Assembly: GCA_013213785.1 (NCBI GenBank)
Contig: JABSPZ010000015.1
Location: forward strand, 165-64,164
Length of the DNA stretch: 64,000 nucleotides
Source: Henriciella sp.
GTDB taxonomy: Bacteria > Pseudomonadota > Alphaproteobacteria > Caulobacterales > Hyphomonadaceae
Direction of reading: 5' to 3'
A model generated the notes under the pieces. That model was given only the letters and a program-made list of their open reading frames with translations, made no database searches and had not been told where the DNA came from. Positions within the stretch are counted from its first letter, which is position 1. Every line of letters begins with the position of its first letter. Of this stretch, positions 13,190-22,267 are shown piece by piece. Both the position numbers and the translations under genes were made by a program.

Positions 13190-13882
13190 TTAGCTCGCGA
13201 TTGCATCAGACGTGTCGACGACGACACCTGGGCCCATTGTTGAGCTCAGAGCAATCTTCTTAACGTATGTCCCTTTGGCACCAGAAGGCTTCGCTTTCAT
13301 AAGCGCGTCGACGAACGCACGAACGTTCTTTTCGATCGCATCTTCAGTGAAAGACGCTTTGCCGATGCCAGCATGGATGATGCCGAGCTTTTCAACGCGG
13401 AACTCAACAGAGCCGCCTTTTGCGTCTTTAACGGCTTGGCCGACATTTGGCGTAACCGTGCCAACCTTAGGGTTTGGCATCAGGCCACGTGGGCCGAGGA
13501 TTTTACCGAGACGACCCACAACAGACATCATGTCTGGTGAAGCGATGACACGGTCAAAATCAGACTTGCCGTTTTGGATCTCTTCCATGAGGTCCTCAGC
13601 GCCAACAATCTCTGCACCAGCTTCGCGGGCTTCGTCTGCTTTCGCGTCGCGCGCAAACACAGCAACGCGGACATCTTTACCGGTGCCAGATGGCAGTGAG
13701 ACAACACCACGAACCATTTGGTCGGCATACTTTGGATCAACACCAAGATTGACAGCAATCTCAACAGTCTCATCGAACTTAGAAGTCGCGTTAGATTTCA
13801 CGAGCTTCACAGCATCAGCAACGCTGTAGAGAGTATCTACATCGACGGTGTCAGCAGCAGCGCGGTAACGTTTTCCAGCCAT
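13190..13882 (-). CDS. rplA: 50S ribosomal protein L1
   Basis: The start was moved to the internal ATG ([11 protein letters not shown]...) at 13882, 4 nt after the rplK stop. The upstream 16 codons of the tracked ORF overlap rplK. Typical L1 sequence. Confidence 0.93.
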   Translation of the reverse strand: MAGKRYRAAADTVDVDTLYSVADAVKLVKSNATSKFDETVEIAVNLGVDPKYADQMVRGVVSLPSGTGKDVRVAVFARDAKADEAREAGAEIVGAEDLMEEIQNGKSDFDRVIASPDMMSVVGRLGKILGPRGLMPNPKVGTVTPNVGQAVKDAKGGSVEFRVEKLGIIHAGIGKASFTEDAIEKNVRAFVDALMKAKPSGAKGTYVKKIALSSTMGPGVVVDTSDAIAS

Positions 13883-13886
13883 GCTC

Positions 13887-14315
13887 TTACTCCGTAACTT
13901 CGAGACCCATTGAGCGCGCAGAGCCCTCAATGATCTTGGTTGCTTGATCGAGATCGTTTGCGTTCAGGTCCGCCATTTTGGCTTCAGCAATCTCGCGGCA
14001 TTGCGCGCGGGTCACTTTACCGACGACAGAACGGCCTGGCTCTTGGCTGCCTTTTTTCAGCTTCGCTGCTTTGCGCAGCAAAACAGACGCAGGCGCCGTT
14101 TTCACGATGAAGGTAAACGACTTGTCTTGGTAATAGTCGATGACGACCGGCAGCGGCAGGCCTTTTTCCATCTTCTCTGTTTTCGCGTTAAACGCTTTAC
14201 AGAATTCCATAATGTTGATGCCGCGCTGACCGAGCGCCGGGCCAACTGGGGGCGATGGGTTTGCTGCGCCGGCAGGAATCTGGAGCTTAAGCTGCCCCAG
14301 CAGTTTCTTAGCCAT
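13887..14315 (-). CDS. rplK: 50S ribosomal protein L11
   Basis: The start was moved to [43 protein letters not shown], the canonical L11 N-terminus. 142 aa. Confidence 0.95.
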   Translation of the reverse strand: MAKKLLGQLKLQIPAGAANPSPPVGPALGQRGINIMEFCKAFNAKTEKMEKGLPLPVVIDYYQDKSFTFIVKTAPASVLLRKAAKLKKGSQEPGRSVVGKVTRAQCREIAEAKMADLNANDLDQATKIIEGSARSMGLEVTE

Positions 14316-14603
14316 GATAGCCTCTCTGGCAAATGCGGTGTCTGGTGGTCTTTCGATCCAGACGCCAGGGTTTAGAGGGTTCGTGGTTCGGGCTGACTGC
14401 CCCTCCCACAAACGGTTTTTCGCCACTCTTGCGAGTGAGCGCTGGCGTAAAGCAGCTTATACTCGTGCGGTCAACCGGTAGGTCGCTAAGACAAGTTCAA
14501 ATTTGCAGTAAAAAGAAAAGAATGTGGTTGCAAACCACGTCTATTTTGTGGTCCGAGTATAGTGGACGGGGAAGTCAAACCTAGTGCATGGAGTCCGGCG
14601 CGT

Positions 14604-16286
14604 ATGTCATCATCTAAACTTACAAAAATTGTTACTGCCGCAGCCCTTTTGGCCGGTGGATCAGTTCTGGCCGCATGTGGCGGCGGAGGTGGGGGCGGCA
14701 CGTCTCCAGCCCCGCCAACTCAAGTGTCACCACCTCCTCCACCCCCTCCTCCTCCACCGCCTCCACCCCCATCAGGTACGACCTGGACAGAAGGCGTGTT
14801 TGAAGCCGCCAGTGTTTTCAAAGACCAATGCGCAGCACCGCGAACTGGGGTCGATCTCGAAGGCAATGCTTTCCCGGATGAAGCTGGAAGCCTTGCTGAA
14901 GAGCTCTTCTGGCTGAGATCGTGGACGGAAGAAACATATCTCTGGAACGACCAAGTGACCGATCAGGATCCAAACACGTTTAGTGATCGCGTCGCTTATT
15001 TCGATGTCCTGAAAACAACCGAAGTCACGGCATCTGGCGAAGACTTGGATGACTTCCATTTCAACGAACCAACATCAGATTTCCTGGAACGCAGAAATTC
15101 AGCGGCACAAGCAGGTTATGGCTTTGACCTTGTCGTCACGTCGAACACACCGCCTCGCGACTATCGCATCCGCTACACCGAGCCAAACTCGCCAGCGTCA
15201 GAGGTTGTAAATGGTCAGACACAGTTTGTTCGCGGATCTCGGATCCTAAGCATTGACGGCGTCGATCTCGTAAACGGTGGCAGCACGCAGCAAGAGATCG
15301 ATACTTTGAATGGCGGGCTTTTCCCGGCCACAGCGGGCGAAGTTCATACATTCGAACTTCAAGACCCGGGCGCTACGGCATCGAGAACGGTCACAGTTAC
15401 GTCGGCGGATATCGTAGAAGTCCCGGTGAACCGCTCGAGTGTTATCGACACACCAAGCGGCAAGGTCGGCTATATTCTGTTCAACACATTCAGCCCGAGA
15501 TCTTCGGAAGAATCGATCGCCACAGCGATTTCCGACATGAGCAATGAAGGCGTCACCGACCTGGTCCTGGACCTTCGCTATAATGGCGGCGGGTTGCTCG
15601 CCGTGGCGAGCCAGCTCGCATACATGGTTGCTGGGCCGACACGCACAAACGGAAGAACCTTCGAATTGCTGGAGTTCAATTCCAATGCGGGCAATGTGAA
15701 CCCGGTAACCGGTCAGGTAAATGGTCCAATCCCGTTCTATAATACAGGACTTGGATTCTCACTCGCCAACGGCACACCGCTCGATAATTTGGATTTGGGC
15801 CGCGTGTTCATTCTCTCGACGGGTGGAACATGTAGCGCGAGTGAAGCGGTCTTAAACGGATTGCGCGGAATTGATGTCGAGATTGTTCTGATCGGTGACG
15901 TCACTTGCGGGAAACCATATGGCTTCTACCCGACCGACAATTGCGGTGAGACCTATTACACGATTCAGTTCCGCGGATTGAACGATAAGGGCTTCGGCGA
16001 CTATTCCGACGGTTTTGTTCCGAACAACTCCTCATTTGGATTCGGAGAGCGCGTCTCTGGCTGCGTTGTCCCCGATGATCTTTCAACAGAGCTTGGCGAT
16101 CCGACGGAAGGTCTGCTCGCGGCGGCGCTTGATTATCGCGAGAATGGGGTTTGCCCAGCGGTGACCACGAAAGTGGTGGAAGAAGTTGTAACGTCTAGAG
16201 TTGGAATGTCTGAGGTCGCGACAACCCCGCTCTCTACTCAAGACGACTTCATCTCGCGCAATCGCGACATGGCAATGCCATGGTAA
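14604..16286 (+). CDS. Lipoprotein S41-family (C-terminal processing/tail-specific) peptidase with a Gly7-Pro14 linker
   Basis: Signal peptide plus lipobox (LAAC), then GGGGGGG and 14 consecutive Pro. Shows S41-like blocks LVLDLRYNGGGLL and STGGTCSASE, plus a PDZ-like segment. Start chosen at ATG 14604 (MSSSKLTK). Confidence 0.85.
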   Translation: MSSSKLTKIVTAAALLAGGSVLAACGGGGGGGTSPAPPTQVSPPPPPPPPPPPPPPSGTTWTEGVFEAASVFKDQCAAPRTGVDLEGNAFPDEAGSLAEELFWLRSWTEETYLWNDQVTDQDPNTFSDRVAYFDVLKTTEVTASGEDLDDFHFNEPTSDFLERRNSAAQAGYGFDLVVTSNTPPRDYRIRYTEPNSPASEVVNGQTQFVRGSRILSIDGVDLVNGGSTQQEIDTLNGGLFPATAGEVHTFELQDPGATASRTVTVTSADIVEVPVNRSSVIDTPSGKVGYILFNTFSPRSSEESIATAISDMSNEGVTDLVLDLRYNGGGLLAVASQLAYMVAGPTRTNGRTFELLEFNSNAGNVNPVTGQVNGPIPFYNTGLGFSLANGTPLDNLDLGRVFILSTGGTCSASEAVLNGLRGIDVEIVLIGDVTCGKPYGFYPTDNCGETYYTIQFRGLNDKGFGDYSDGFVPNNSSFGFGERVSGCVVPDDLSTELGDPTEGLLAAALDYRENGVCPAVTTKVVEEVVTSRVGMSEVATTPLSTQDDFISRNRDMAMPW

Positions 16287-16633
16287 GATCGGCACTTTTC
16301 ACAGGCCTGGTCGCCCTCGTGCTCAGCGCATGCCAGCACAGTGCGACCGCCGCGCCCGCGACGCTGGCAGACAGCAGCGCTGACACATTGAGTGCGCTCA
16401 AGTTAGCGCTCGGCGGCGCCATCAACCGAGCCAATATCGAACTCGGTGTGGGGGATTTCACAGCGACATCAACGGTGACTGTTCTGCCTCCATCATTGAC
16501 GGAGCATGAAACTCGAAGCCCAGCGACACCGACCGTGTTCAATTTGTTCGTGAAAAACGGCGCATGTTTCGCGGTCCAGGATGGAACGGATACGGAAATC
16601 CCACTTCCTGACGTGCCCTGCAAGCCGGCCTAG
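16280..16633 (+). CDS. Small lipoprotein (117 aa) translationally coupled to the S41 peptidase gene
   Basis: MVRSALFTGLVALVLSAC carries a lipobox. Its ATG overlaps the upstream TAA by 7 nt (ATGGTAA). A strong terminator follows. I did not recognise any family. Confidence 0.6.
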   Translation: MVRSALFTGLVALVLSACQHSATAAPATLADSSADTLSALKLALGGAINRANIELGVGDFTATSTVTVLPPSLTEHETRSPATPTVFNLFVKNGACFAVQDGTDTEIPLPDVPCKPA

Positions 16634-16638
16634 ACACC

Positions 16639-16673
16639 AAAAAGCCCGCCAGACAGATCTGGCGGGCTTTTTT
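16639..16673. terminator. Bidirectional intrinsic terminator between the small lipoprotein gene (+) and the M48 peptidase gene (-)
   Basis: Perfect 10-bp stem GCCCGCCAGA(16644-16653)/TCTGGCGGGC(16658-16667), a 4-nt loop, an A-run upstream and TTTTTT downstream. Confidence 0.8.
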
Positions 16674-16694
16674 AATCACTGAGAACCATGCGTC

Positions 16695-17609
16695 TTAGAT
16701 AAAGGCGTATCCGCGGGCATTGATATAGTTGATCAATTCCTGTTTCCGGTTGCCTGGATCAGGGTGGGTCGACATGAATTCCGGCGGCCGATTGCCAGAA
16801 CTTCTTTGATCCATCAGATCCCAGAGACGCGGCGCTTGGGTCACGTCGTAACCCGCCTTCGCCATGTAATCGAGACCAAGTCGGTCAGCCTCATACTCAT
16901 GCTTACGGCTGTATGGCAGAAGCACACCAAACTGGATTGCCGCGCCACCGAGGGCCGCGATCGTGTTGCCATACTGCTTCAACTCATCGGACTGTGCGAT
17001 CGCGATAGAACCAGCGACCATCGCGACTTGGCTGGCCACCTGCATCGAGGCGCGCTCCGCTGAGTGCTGCCCATCAATGTGACCCGCTTCGTGACCCAGC
17101 ACTGTTGCCAGCTGGTCGTCATTTTCGGTGAGCTCGGTGATGCCGCGATACACACCAACCTGCTGGCCTGGCATCACGAACGCATTCACAACGTCGGTAT
17201 CAAACACCGCGATTTCCCACTCATCCGGGCGATAAGACGCATCTTGGTTGTAAATGTCCGTCAACGCCGTGGCACGGCCTCGAGCGGTGCGGTCCCATGA
17301 CGTCAGAACACGATTGCGAAGACGTGAGTCGCCGGTTTGCGGCGTCTGCGCTTTCATATCCGCCCAAGCGGCTTGGGACATGCGCGCCAGCGACGCGTTG
17401 TCGAAACCGGGAATGATCAGCTGGCTCGAGCCCGTGACCGGGTTTGTCGCACAGCCGGTTACGAGTGGAACAATCGTTCCCGCTGCAAGGCCTGCTAAAA
17501 TGCGCCGGCGAGACATCGGGATTCGCTGCGCGGTCTCTAGAAAGTCGCGCGGCGCATCAACACGCTCACCGGTTTCAATCATTTCATCGGTAATCAGTAG
17601 TTTGCTCAT
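16695..17609 (-). CDS. M48-family zinc metallopeptidase (BepA/YcaL-like), probable Tat/lipoprotein export
   Basis: HEAGH zinc motif (LGHEAGHIDGQH) and a downstream EYEADRLG glutamate motif. SRRRILAGLAAG...LVTGC looks like a twin-arginine signal plus lipobox. GGGAGA SD lies 6 nt before ATG 17609. Confidence 0.85.
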   Translation of the reverse strand: MSKLLITDEMIETGERVDAPRDFLETAQRIPMSRRRILAGLAAGTIVPLVTGCATNPVTGSSQLIIPGFDNASLARMSQAAWADMKAQTPQTGDSRLRNRVLTSWDRTARGRATALTDIYNQDASYRPDEWEIAVFDTDVVNAFVMPGQQVGVYRGITELTENDDQLATVLGHEAGHIDGQHSAERASMQVASQVAMVAGSIAIAQSDELKQYGNTIAALGGAAIQFGVLLPYSRKHEYEADRLGLDYMAKAGYDVTQAPRLWDLMDQRSSGNRPPEFMSTHPDPGNRKQELINYINARGYAFI

Positions 17610-17752
17610 CTCTTTGTCTCCCGCTACCTCATTTCTATATATTTTGGCCCCACACAGTCAGGAAAACTGTGGTTAATCAAATGCTCGCACATAAAATCGC
17701 ATGCGTCACGTGAATGCTGTATGAAGCCCATCATGGGCATCCGTTAAGCTGG

Positions 17753-19003
17753 CTAAGCCGCCACCATCAGATCTTTTGCTTGCCCGACCCAATTTTCGCG
17801 GCTTACTCGCCCCTTGAATGATAGGTGGTTCTCGATCCACGTCTCGTGCTCCGGAAGCCAGCCCGCCACTTGTTCGTAGGTCCAGATGCCAAGGCTATTC
17901 AGCACTTCGGCGATGCGAGGTCCGATCCCGGTAATCGCGGTCAGATCATCCCCGCCATTTGACGGTTTCTCAACTCGATCTGGTTGTTTGCCGTCGATTT
18001 CCGCGAGCATAGCATCCGATGGATGCACTTCAGGTTCATCAGCAGCCGCTACTGCAGCATCGGGCGTTTCTTCAGGCTCAGCGTCTTCCTCAGCGACGAC
18101 CTCTTCGGCTGCTGGATCGCTTACGTCTGGCTCAACACTCTCAGCAAGTGCCTCGGGCTCGGAACTTTCTTCTTCCGCTTCCTCAACCTCTTCGCCCTGC
18201 TCAAAATAAGCAAGCCGGCCTTCGAGATAGCGATTACGCCAACGCAAACGCGCCATTTCTTCATCTGCCGCTGCATTAGAAGCTGAATCATTGTCTGCTT
18301 CTGGGCTTTCAGGTTCCGAGGTGACCTCAGGCTCTGGGTCTGGTTGCACGTCAACATTGGTTGCGGCTGCCGCAGATCGTTCGATCGCTTTCGCTTCAAG
18401 CGCATCGACGCGCTGTCGCAAATAGGCGTTTTGCCAGTTCAATTTTTCCAAACCCGGATCTTCTTCTGCAACCTCTTCTGTCGCGACTGGCACGACGGCA
18501 GCCGCAGCTGAAATATCTGCCTCCAGAGCAACCACACGCTCTTCCAACCAGGTATTGCGGTCTCTGAGGTCGTTCAGTTCTTTCTCATTATCGTCCGACA
18601 AAGCCGCCCCAGCGAGCGCACCTGCCGCAGCACCAGCTGCCGCTTCTACGAGACCATTCCCGCCATCGCTTTTGGATTTCAATTCTTCCAGCTCCGCGCG
18701 CGCTGCATTTAGCTCTTCTCCGAGCGATGCGATCCGCGAGGCGCGCTCATCAAGTTCTTGGCGCAGAGTGTCATCGCCGCCAACGGCTTGAACACCCTCT
18801 TCTTTGCGTTTCCGCTGCGCGGCGTACAAGGCATCAACTTCAGCCTTCGCTTGCGTCAGCTCGGTCTTTGCGATTTCACGTTCGACCCCTGCCCGACGAA
18901 CTTGATTGCTCGCGAGCAAACCTCGGAACGAAAATCCGAAGAGAAGGCCTAGAAAAGTCGCGGCGGCGAGCACCATCCACATGTTTGCGATTAGCCACTG
19001 CAT
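17753..19003 (-). CDS. Membrane-anchored coiled-coil, highly acidic protein with a C-terminal helix-hairpin-helix-like domain
   Basis: N-terminal TM helix, coiled-coil segments, and three copies of a W-x-N-x-Y/W-L-x-x-R-V/L-x-x-L/F-E motif separated by Glu/Asp/Pro-rich linkers. The C-terminus reads GDDLTAITGIGPRIAEVLNSLGIWTYEQVA. The start codon abuts the upstream stop. Confidence 0.7.
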   Translation of the reverse strand: MQWLIANMWMVLAAATFLGLLFGFSFRGLLASNQVRRAGVEREIAKTELTQAKAEVDALYAAQRKRKEEGVQAVGGDDTLRQELDERASRIASLGEELNAARAELEELKSKSDGGNGLVEAAAGAAAGALAGAALSDDNEKELNDLRDRNTWLEERVVALEADISAAAAVVPVATEEVAEEDPGLEKLNWQNAYLRQRVDALEAKAIERSAAAATNVDVQPDPEPEVTSEPESPEADNDSASNAAADEEMARLRWRNRYLEGRLAYFEQGEEVEEAEEESSEPEALAESVEPDVSDPAAEEVVAEEDAEPEETPDAAVAAADEPEVHPSDAMLAEIDGKQPDRVEKPSNGGDDLTAITGIGPRIAEVLNSLGIWTYEQVAGWLPEHETWIENHLSFKGRVSRENWVGQAKDLMVAA

Positions 19004-20473
19004 CTACTCGCTCCGTTCCTGAACTTTAAATTCAATTCTACGATTTGCGGCGCGACCTTCCGCTGTCGCGTTGTCCGCTTTTGGTTGATCGGGTCCATAA
19101 CCTTCGACGACTAAGCGCGCCACGTCGAACCCTGCATCGCGCATATAGTTGGCGACGGCTTGGGCGCGGGCTTCGCTGAGGACGGTGTTGGCGTCTTGGG
19201 CGCCGCGATTGTCCGTGTGGCCGCCGACTTCGAATACCAGCGTTTCGGCGCAAGTCGATGACACGGCCATGATCTTGTCGAGGGTTTCACCGCTTTCTCG
19301 AGAGATCTCAGCGCTGCCTGTTTCAAAGACGACATTATTCGCGTCCATAATCAGATCAAATGAGGTTTGGCAGGCTTGAAGGGGGTCATCCCCCAGATCG
19401 ACCCCGGAAATCTCATCCAGCGTGACCGTGACCGTCTCTGCTGCAATTTCGACCGCATAGTCGCCTTCGAGTTCGCTCATATCTTCGCGAAGAAACTGCA
19501 ACGTTGAGCTCGTGGCCTCGCCTTCAAAGCTAAACCCGTCGCCTTCAGGATGGAATTGCATTTCGCCGCTTTCAAACTTGGAGAAATGCGGCAGCCCAAG
19601 ACGTACGCCTTGTATCCAAGGTTCGTATTCAGAGCTTTCAATGCTCATCTGATCAATCACTGGACCGTCAAAATAGGTCTCAGCGATCTCCGCGATTTCG
19701 GCGCGATCTTCGGCGGTTTCTACGCTGCCCGAGAGGATCAACGTTCCGTCAACATGCTCCGCCTGCCAATGGCTCGGCCCTTCAATATCAGCGACACCAA
19801 TCCACGGATCGGAGAGGTTCGAGACAGAGGCTGTCGCTTGCATCCGTGCGGCGTCTTGCATTGCGATGCCGCTCAGGCGCAGCTCGTAGTCCGTTAGCCT
19901 TGCCTCGCCGCTGTCCAAAAGTGCAAGTTGATCCAAACCGAATTTCGCGGTTCCGATCCAATCACCTTCTGGAACCCCCAATGAGAGCTGGGCGCGATCA
20001 TCAAGCGAGTCCCCGCTGAGCGTCGCCGCATGCGCCGCCAGCGCGTTTTTGTCGGCGTCGCTCGGCACAGCGCCAACAAAGACCATAGATCCGCTTGGGC
20101 TTTTGATCGCGCGCCAAACAAAAGGCGATGCCGTTGGCAAATCCCGAATTTCTTCAAAGTCGGTTTCGACCGACCAGACGCCGCCCCAAATCATGCCACC
20201 CTGTCCCGCTGACGCGAGAACAGCGTTTTTTGCAGCTTCCGCCGCTTCAACAGATGGCGGTGCTCCGGTGATCAAAGCACGTTGTCCGGTCATCTCAACG
20301 CTGGCCCAACTATAGCCTGCGTCCACCAGAGATTTGCTCGCCAGCGATTGCAATTCTTCCTGCATTTGCTGGGCATTCAGGTGATATTCGGACTCACCGT
20401 GCACGGTAACGATGCCCAGAATTGCCAAGGCTGCGCCGCTGAGACCAGCGGTCATTGTATCATAGGCACCCAT
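19004..20473 (-). CDS. OmpA-family peptidoglycan-binding protein with N-terminal anchor and BON-like segments
   Basis: C-terminal OmpA-like block GGHTDNRGAQDANTVLSEARAQAVANYM...ANRRIEF. N-terminal hydrophobic segment. 489 aa. Confidence 0.85.
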   Translation of the reverse strand: MGAYDTMTAGLSGAALAILGIVTVHGESEYHLNAQQMQEELQSLASKSLVDAGYSWASVEMTGQRALITGAPPSVEAAEAAKNAVLASAGQGGMIWGGVWSVETDFEEIRDLPTASPFVWRAIKSPSGSMVFVGAVPSDADKNALAAHAATLSGDSLDDRAQLSLGVPEGDWIGTAKFGLDQLALLDSGEARLTDYELRLSGIAMQDAARMQATASVSNLSDPWIGVADIEGPSHWQAEHVDGTLILSGSVETAEDRAEIAEIAETYFDGPVIDQMSIESSEYEPWIQGVRLGLPHFSKFESGEMQFHPEGDGFSFEGEATSSTLQFLREDMSELEGDYAVEIAAETVTVTLDEISGVDLGDDPLQACQTSFDLIMDANNVVFETGSAEISRESGETLDKIMAVSSTCAETLVFEVGGHTDNRGAQDANTVLSEARAQAVANYMRDAGFDVARLVVEGYGPDQPKADNATAEGRAANRRIEFKVQERSE

Positions 20474-20561
20474 GTCGCAATCCCCTATTCTAAAGACTGC
20501 ATTAACCCTTGAGTCCTGCCTTATCCCTTGGAATCAGGCAAGTGCATGTTACAGGGCGTTC

Positions 20562-21374
20562 ATGAATCTGAGTTTTGATCATATCACGTCGGCCAGCAAT
20601 CCAAGCATTAAACTCTTGCGAAGCTTGGAGCGCAAAAAGGGCCGGAATGAGACCGGCCTGTTCTTGGCCGAAGGCGCGCGTTTAATCGAACAAGCCCTTG
20701 CGCAGAACTGGCAGGTTGAGACCCTGATCATCTCTAACTCTGGGGCCGAACGGGACTATGTGCAGGCCCTAGCGAAGCGCGCCAGCGACCAAGGCGCACG
20801 GCTCATCCAAGTCCCGGATCGCCTGGCTGGATCGATTGCGCGCAAGGATAATCCGCAAGCCGTTATCGCCGCAATCAAACAGCGTGACCTAGCGCTCGAC
20901 GACGTATCACCTGACGCGACCGGTCTCTGGATCGGACTGTATGAGTGCCGCGATCCTGGCAACCTTGGCACCATCCTCCGCACCGCTGATTGCGCGGGCG
21001 CGGCGGGCGTCATTCTGATCGAAAATTGCTGTGATCCTTTTAGTGTTGAGGCCGTGCGCGCCTCCATGGGGTCCTTGTTTGACGTCGCTCTCGCCCGCAC
21101 GGATTTCGCGGCGTTCAACGCCTGGCGAAAAAGTGGTGGACTGAACATGGTCGCCGCGAGCGTGAATGGCGACACGAGCCATATTGGCGTTGATTTCGTC
21201 CAACCAAGCCTCATCCTCATGGGCAATGAGCAAGCTGGTTTGCCGCCATCGATCGAAGCTGAGTGTGATACGCTGTGTTTGATCCCAATGCGCGGCGGCG
21301 CCGACAGTCTCAACTTGGCGCAAGCGACAGCAATTATGCTCTATGAGGGCTGGCGCCAAAGAGGGTTTGCGTGA
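20562..21374 (+). CDS. TrmH/SpoU-family RNA 2'-O-methyltransferase
   Basis: SpoU motifs GNLGTILRTADCAGA, MGNEQAGLP and IPMRGGADSLNLAQATAIMLYE. Start moved to ATG 20562 (MNLSFDHITS...). Confidence 0.85.
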   Translation: MNLSFDHITSASNPSIKLLRSLERKKGRNETGLFLAEGARLIEQALAQNWQVETLIISNSGAERDYVQALAKRASDQGARLIQVPDRLAGSIARKDNPQAVIAAIKQRDLALDDVSPDATGLWIGLYECRDPGNLGTILRTADCAGAAGVILIENCCDPFSVEAVRASMGSLFDVALARTDFAAFNAWRKSGGLNMVAASVNGDTSHIGVDFVQPSLILMGNEQAGLPPSIEAECDTLCLIPMRGGADSLNLAQATAIMLYEGWRQRGFA

Positions 21375-22267
21375 TGAAGACCGAAGCAACACTCTTCTTG
21401 GCAGATCAGTGGGCTGAGGATCAATACGCGCTGCTCGATAGTGGCGATGGTCACAAACTGGAGCGGTTCGGATCGCAGACCGTAATCCGCCCAGACCCTC
21501 AGGCCTTTTGGTCACCCGCGAACCCAGTCGATAAGTGGCAAGCGGATGCTCGTTTTGATGCCAAAGCTGGTGATGATGATCGCGGCAACTGGCAGCTGCT
21601 CAAACGTGCCGCCCCTGAGGCATGGCCGATTGAATGGCGCGGCTTGCACTTGAACGCGCGGCGCACGCCTTTCCGGCATCTCGGTCTGTTTCAAGAGCAC
21701 AGCGTACATTGGGCTTTTGCACAGGATCAGATCCGTTCGGCGGGCCGCAAAATCCGCGTCCTCAACCTATTTGGCTATACCGGCATGATGAGCCTTGCCG
21801 CCGCACAAGCAGGCGCAGAGGTCACGCATCTCGATGCCAGCCCGAAGTCGAACGGTTATGGCAAAGAGCACGCTGAGATGAGCGGCTTGGCCGATGCGCC
21901 GATCCGCTGGATTGCCGATGATGCGATGAAGTTCACCGCTCGCGAAATTCGCCGCGGGAACACGTATGATGCGATTGCATTGGACCCGCCAAAGTTTGGG
22001 CGGGGCACCAAGAATGAGACCTGGCGTTTTGAAGAAGACTTGCCAGAGCTGCTCGCAAATGCGCGCGCCCTTTTGTCGGATCAGCCGCTCTTTGTAATCC
22101 TTACCGCCTATGCGGTACGCCTCTCCCATATCGCTTTGGCGCAAGCGTTGGCAGGGCATCTGAACGGCCTTGGCGGAATCATGGAAATGGGAGAGATGGC
22201 GATCCCGCATGCGAGCGATGATCGCTTGCTTCCAACCTCGATCTGTGCGCGGTGGCGCGCCGGTTAA
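21371..22267 (+). CDS. Class I SAM-dependent (rRNA large-subunit-type) methyltransferase
   Basis: VLNLFGYTGMMSLAAAQAGAEVTHLDAS is a SAM-binding motif I, and IALDPPKFGRG is a catalytic DPPxF-like motif. The start overlaps the upstream stop (GTGATG). Confidence 0.8.
   Translation: MMKTEATLFLADQWAEDQYALLDSGDGHKLERFGSQTVIRPDPQAFWSPANPVDKWQADARFDAKAGDDDRGNWQLLKRAAPEAWPIEWRGLHLNARRTPFRHLGLFQEHSVHWAFAQDQIRSAGRKIRVLNLFGYTGMMSLAAAQAGAEVTHLDASPKSNGYGKEHAEMSGLADAPIRWIADDAMKFTAREIRRGNTYDAIALDPPKFGRGTKNETWRFEEDLPELLANARALLSDQPLFVILTAYAVRLSHIALAQALAGHLNGLGGIMEMGEMAIPHASDDRLLPTSICARWRAG

Noticed and set aside
13883-14426. N-terminal extensions of the tracked rplA (to 13930) and rplK (to 14426) ORFs.
   Set aside because: The canonical L1 and L11 N-termini begin at internal ATGs (13882 and 14315). 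The extensions overlap the neighbouring gene or leader and have no ribosomal-protein similarity.
13142-16667. The rplA terminator and the 16644-16667 terminator share a CCGCC-N-ACAGATC-N-GGCGG-like core, suggesting a repeated element family.
   Set aside because: There are only two copies and the stems are otherwise different. The similarity is short enough to be chance among GC-rich hairpin terminators.
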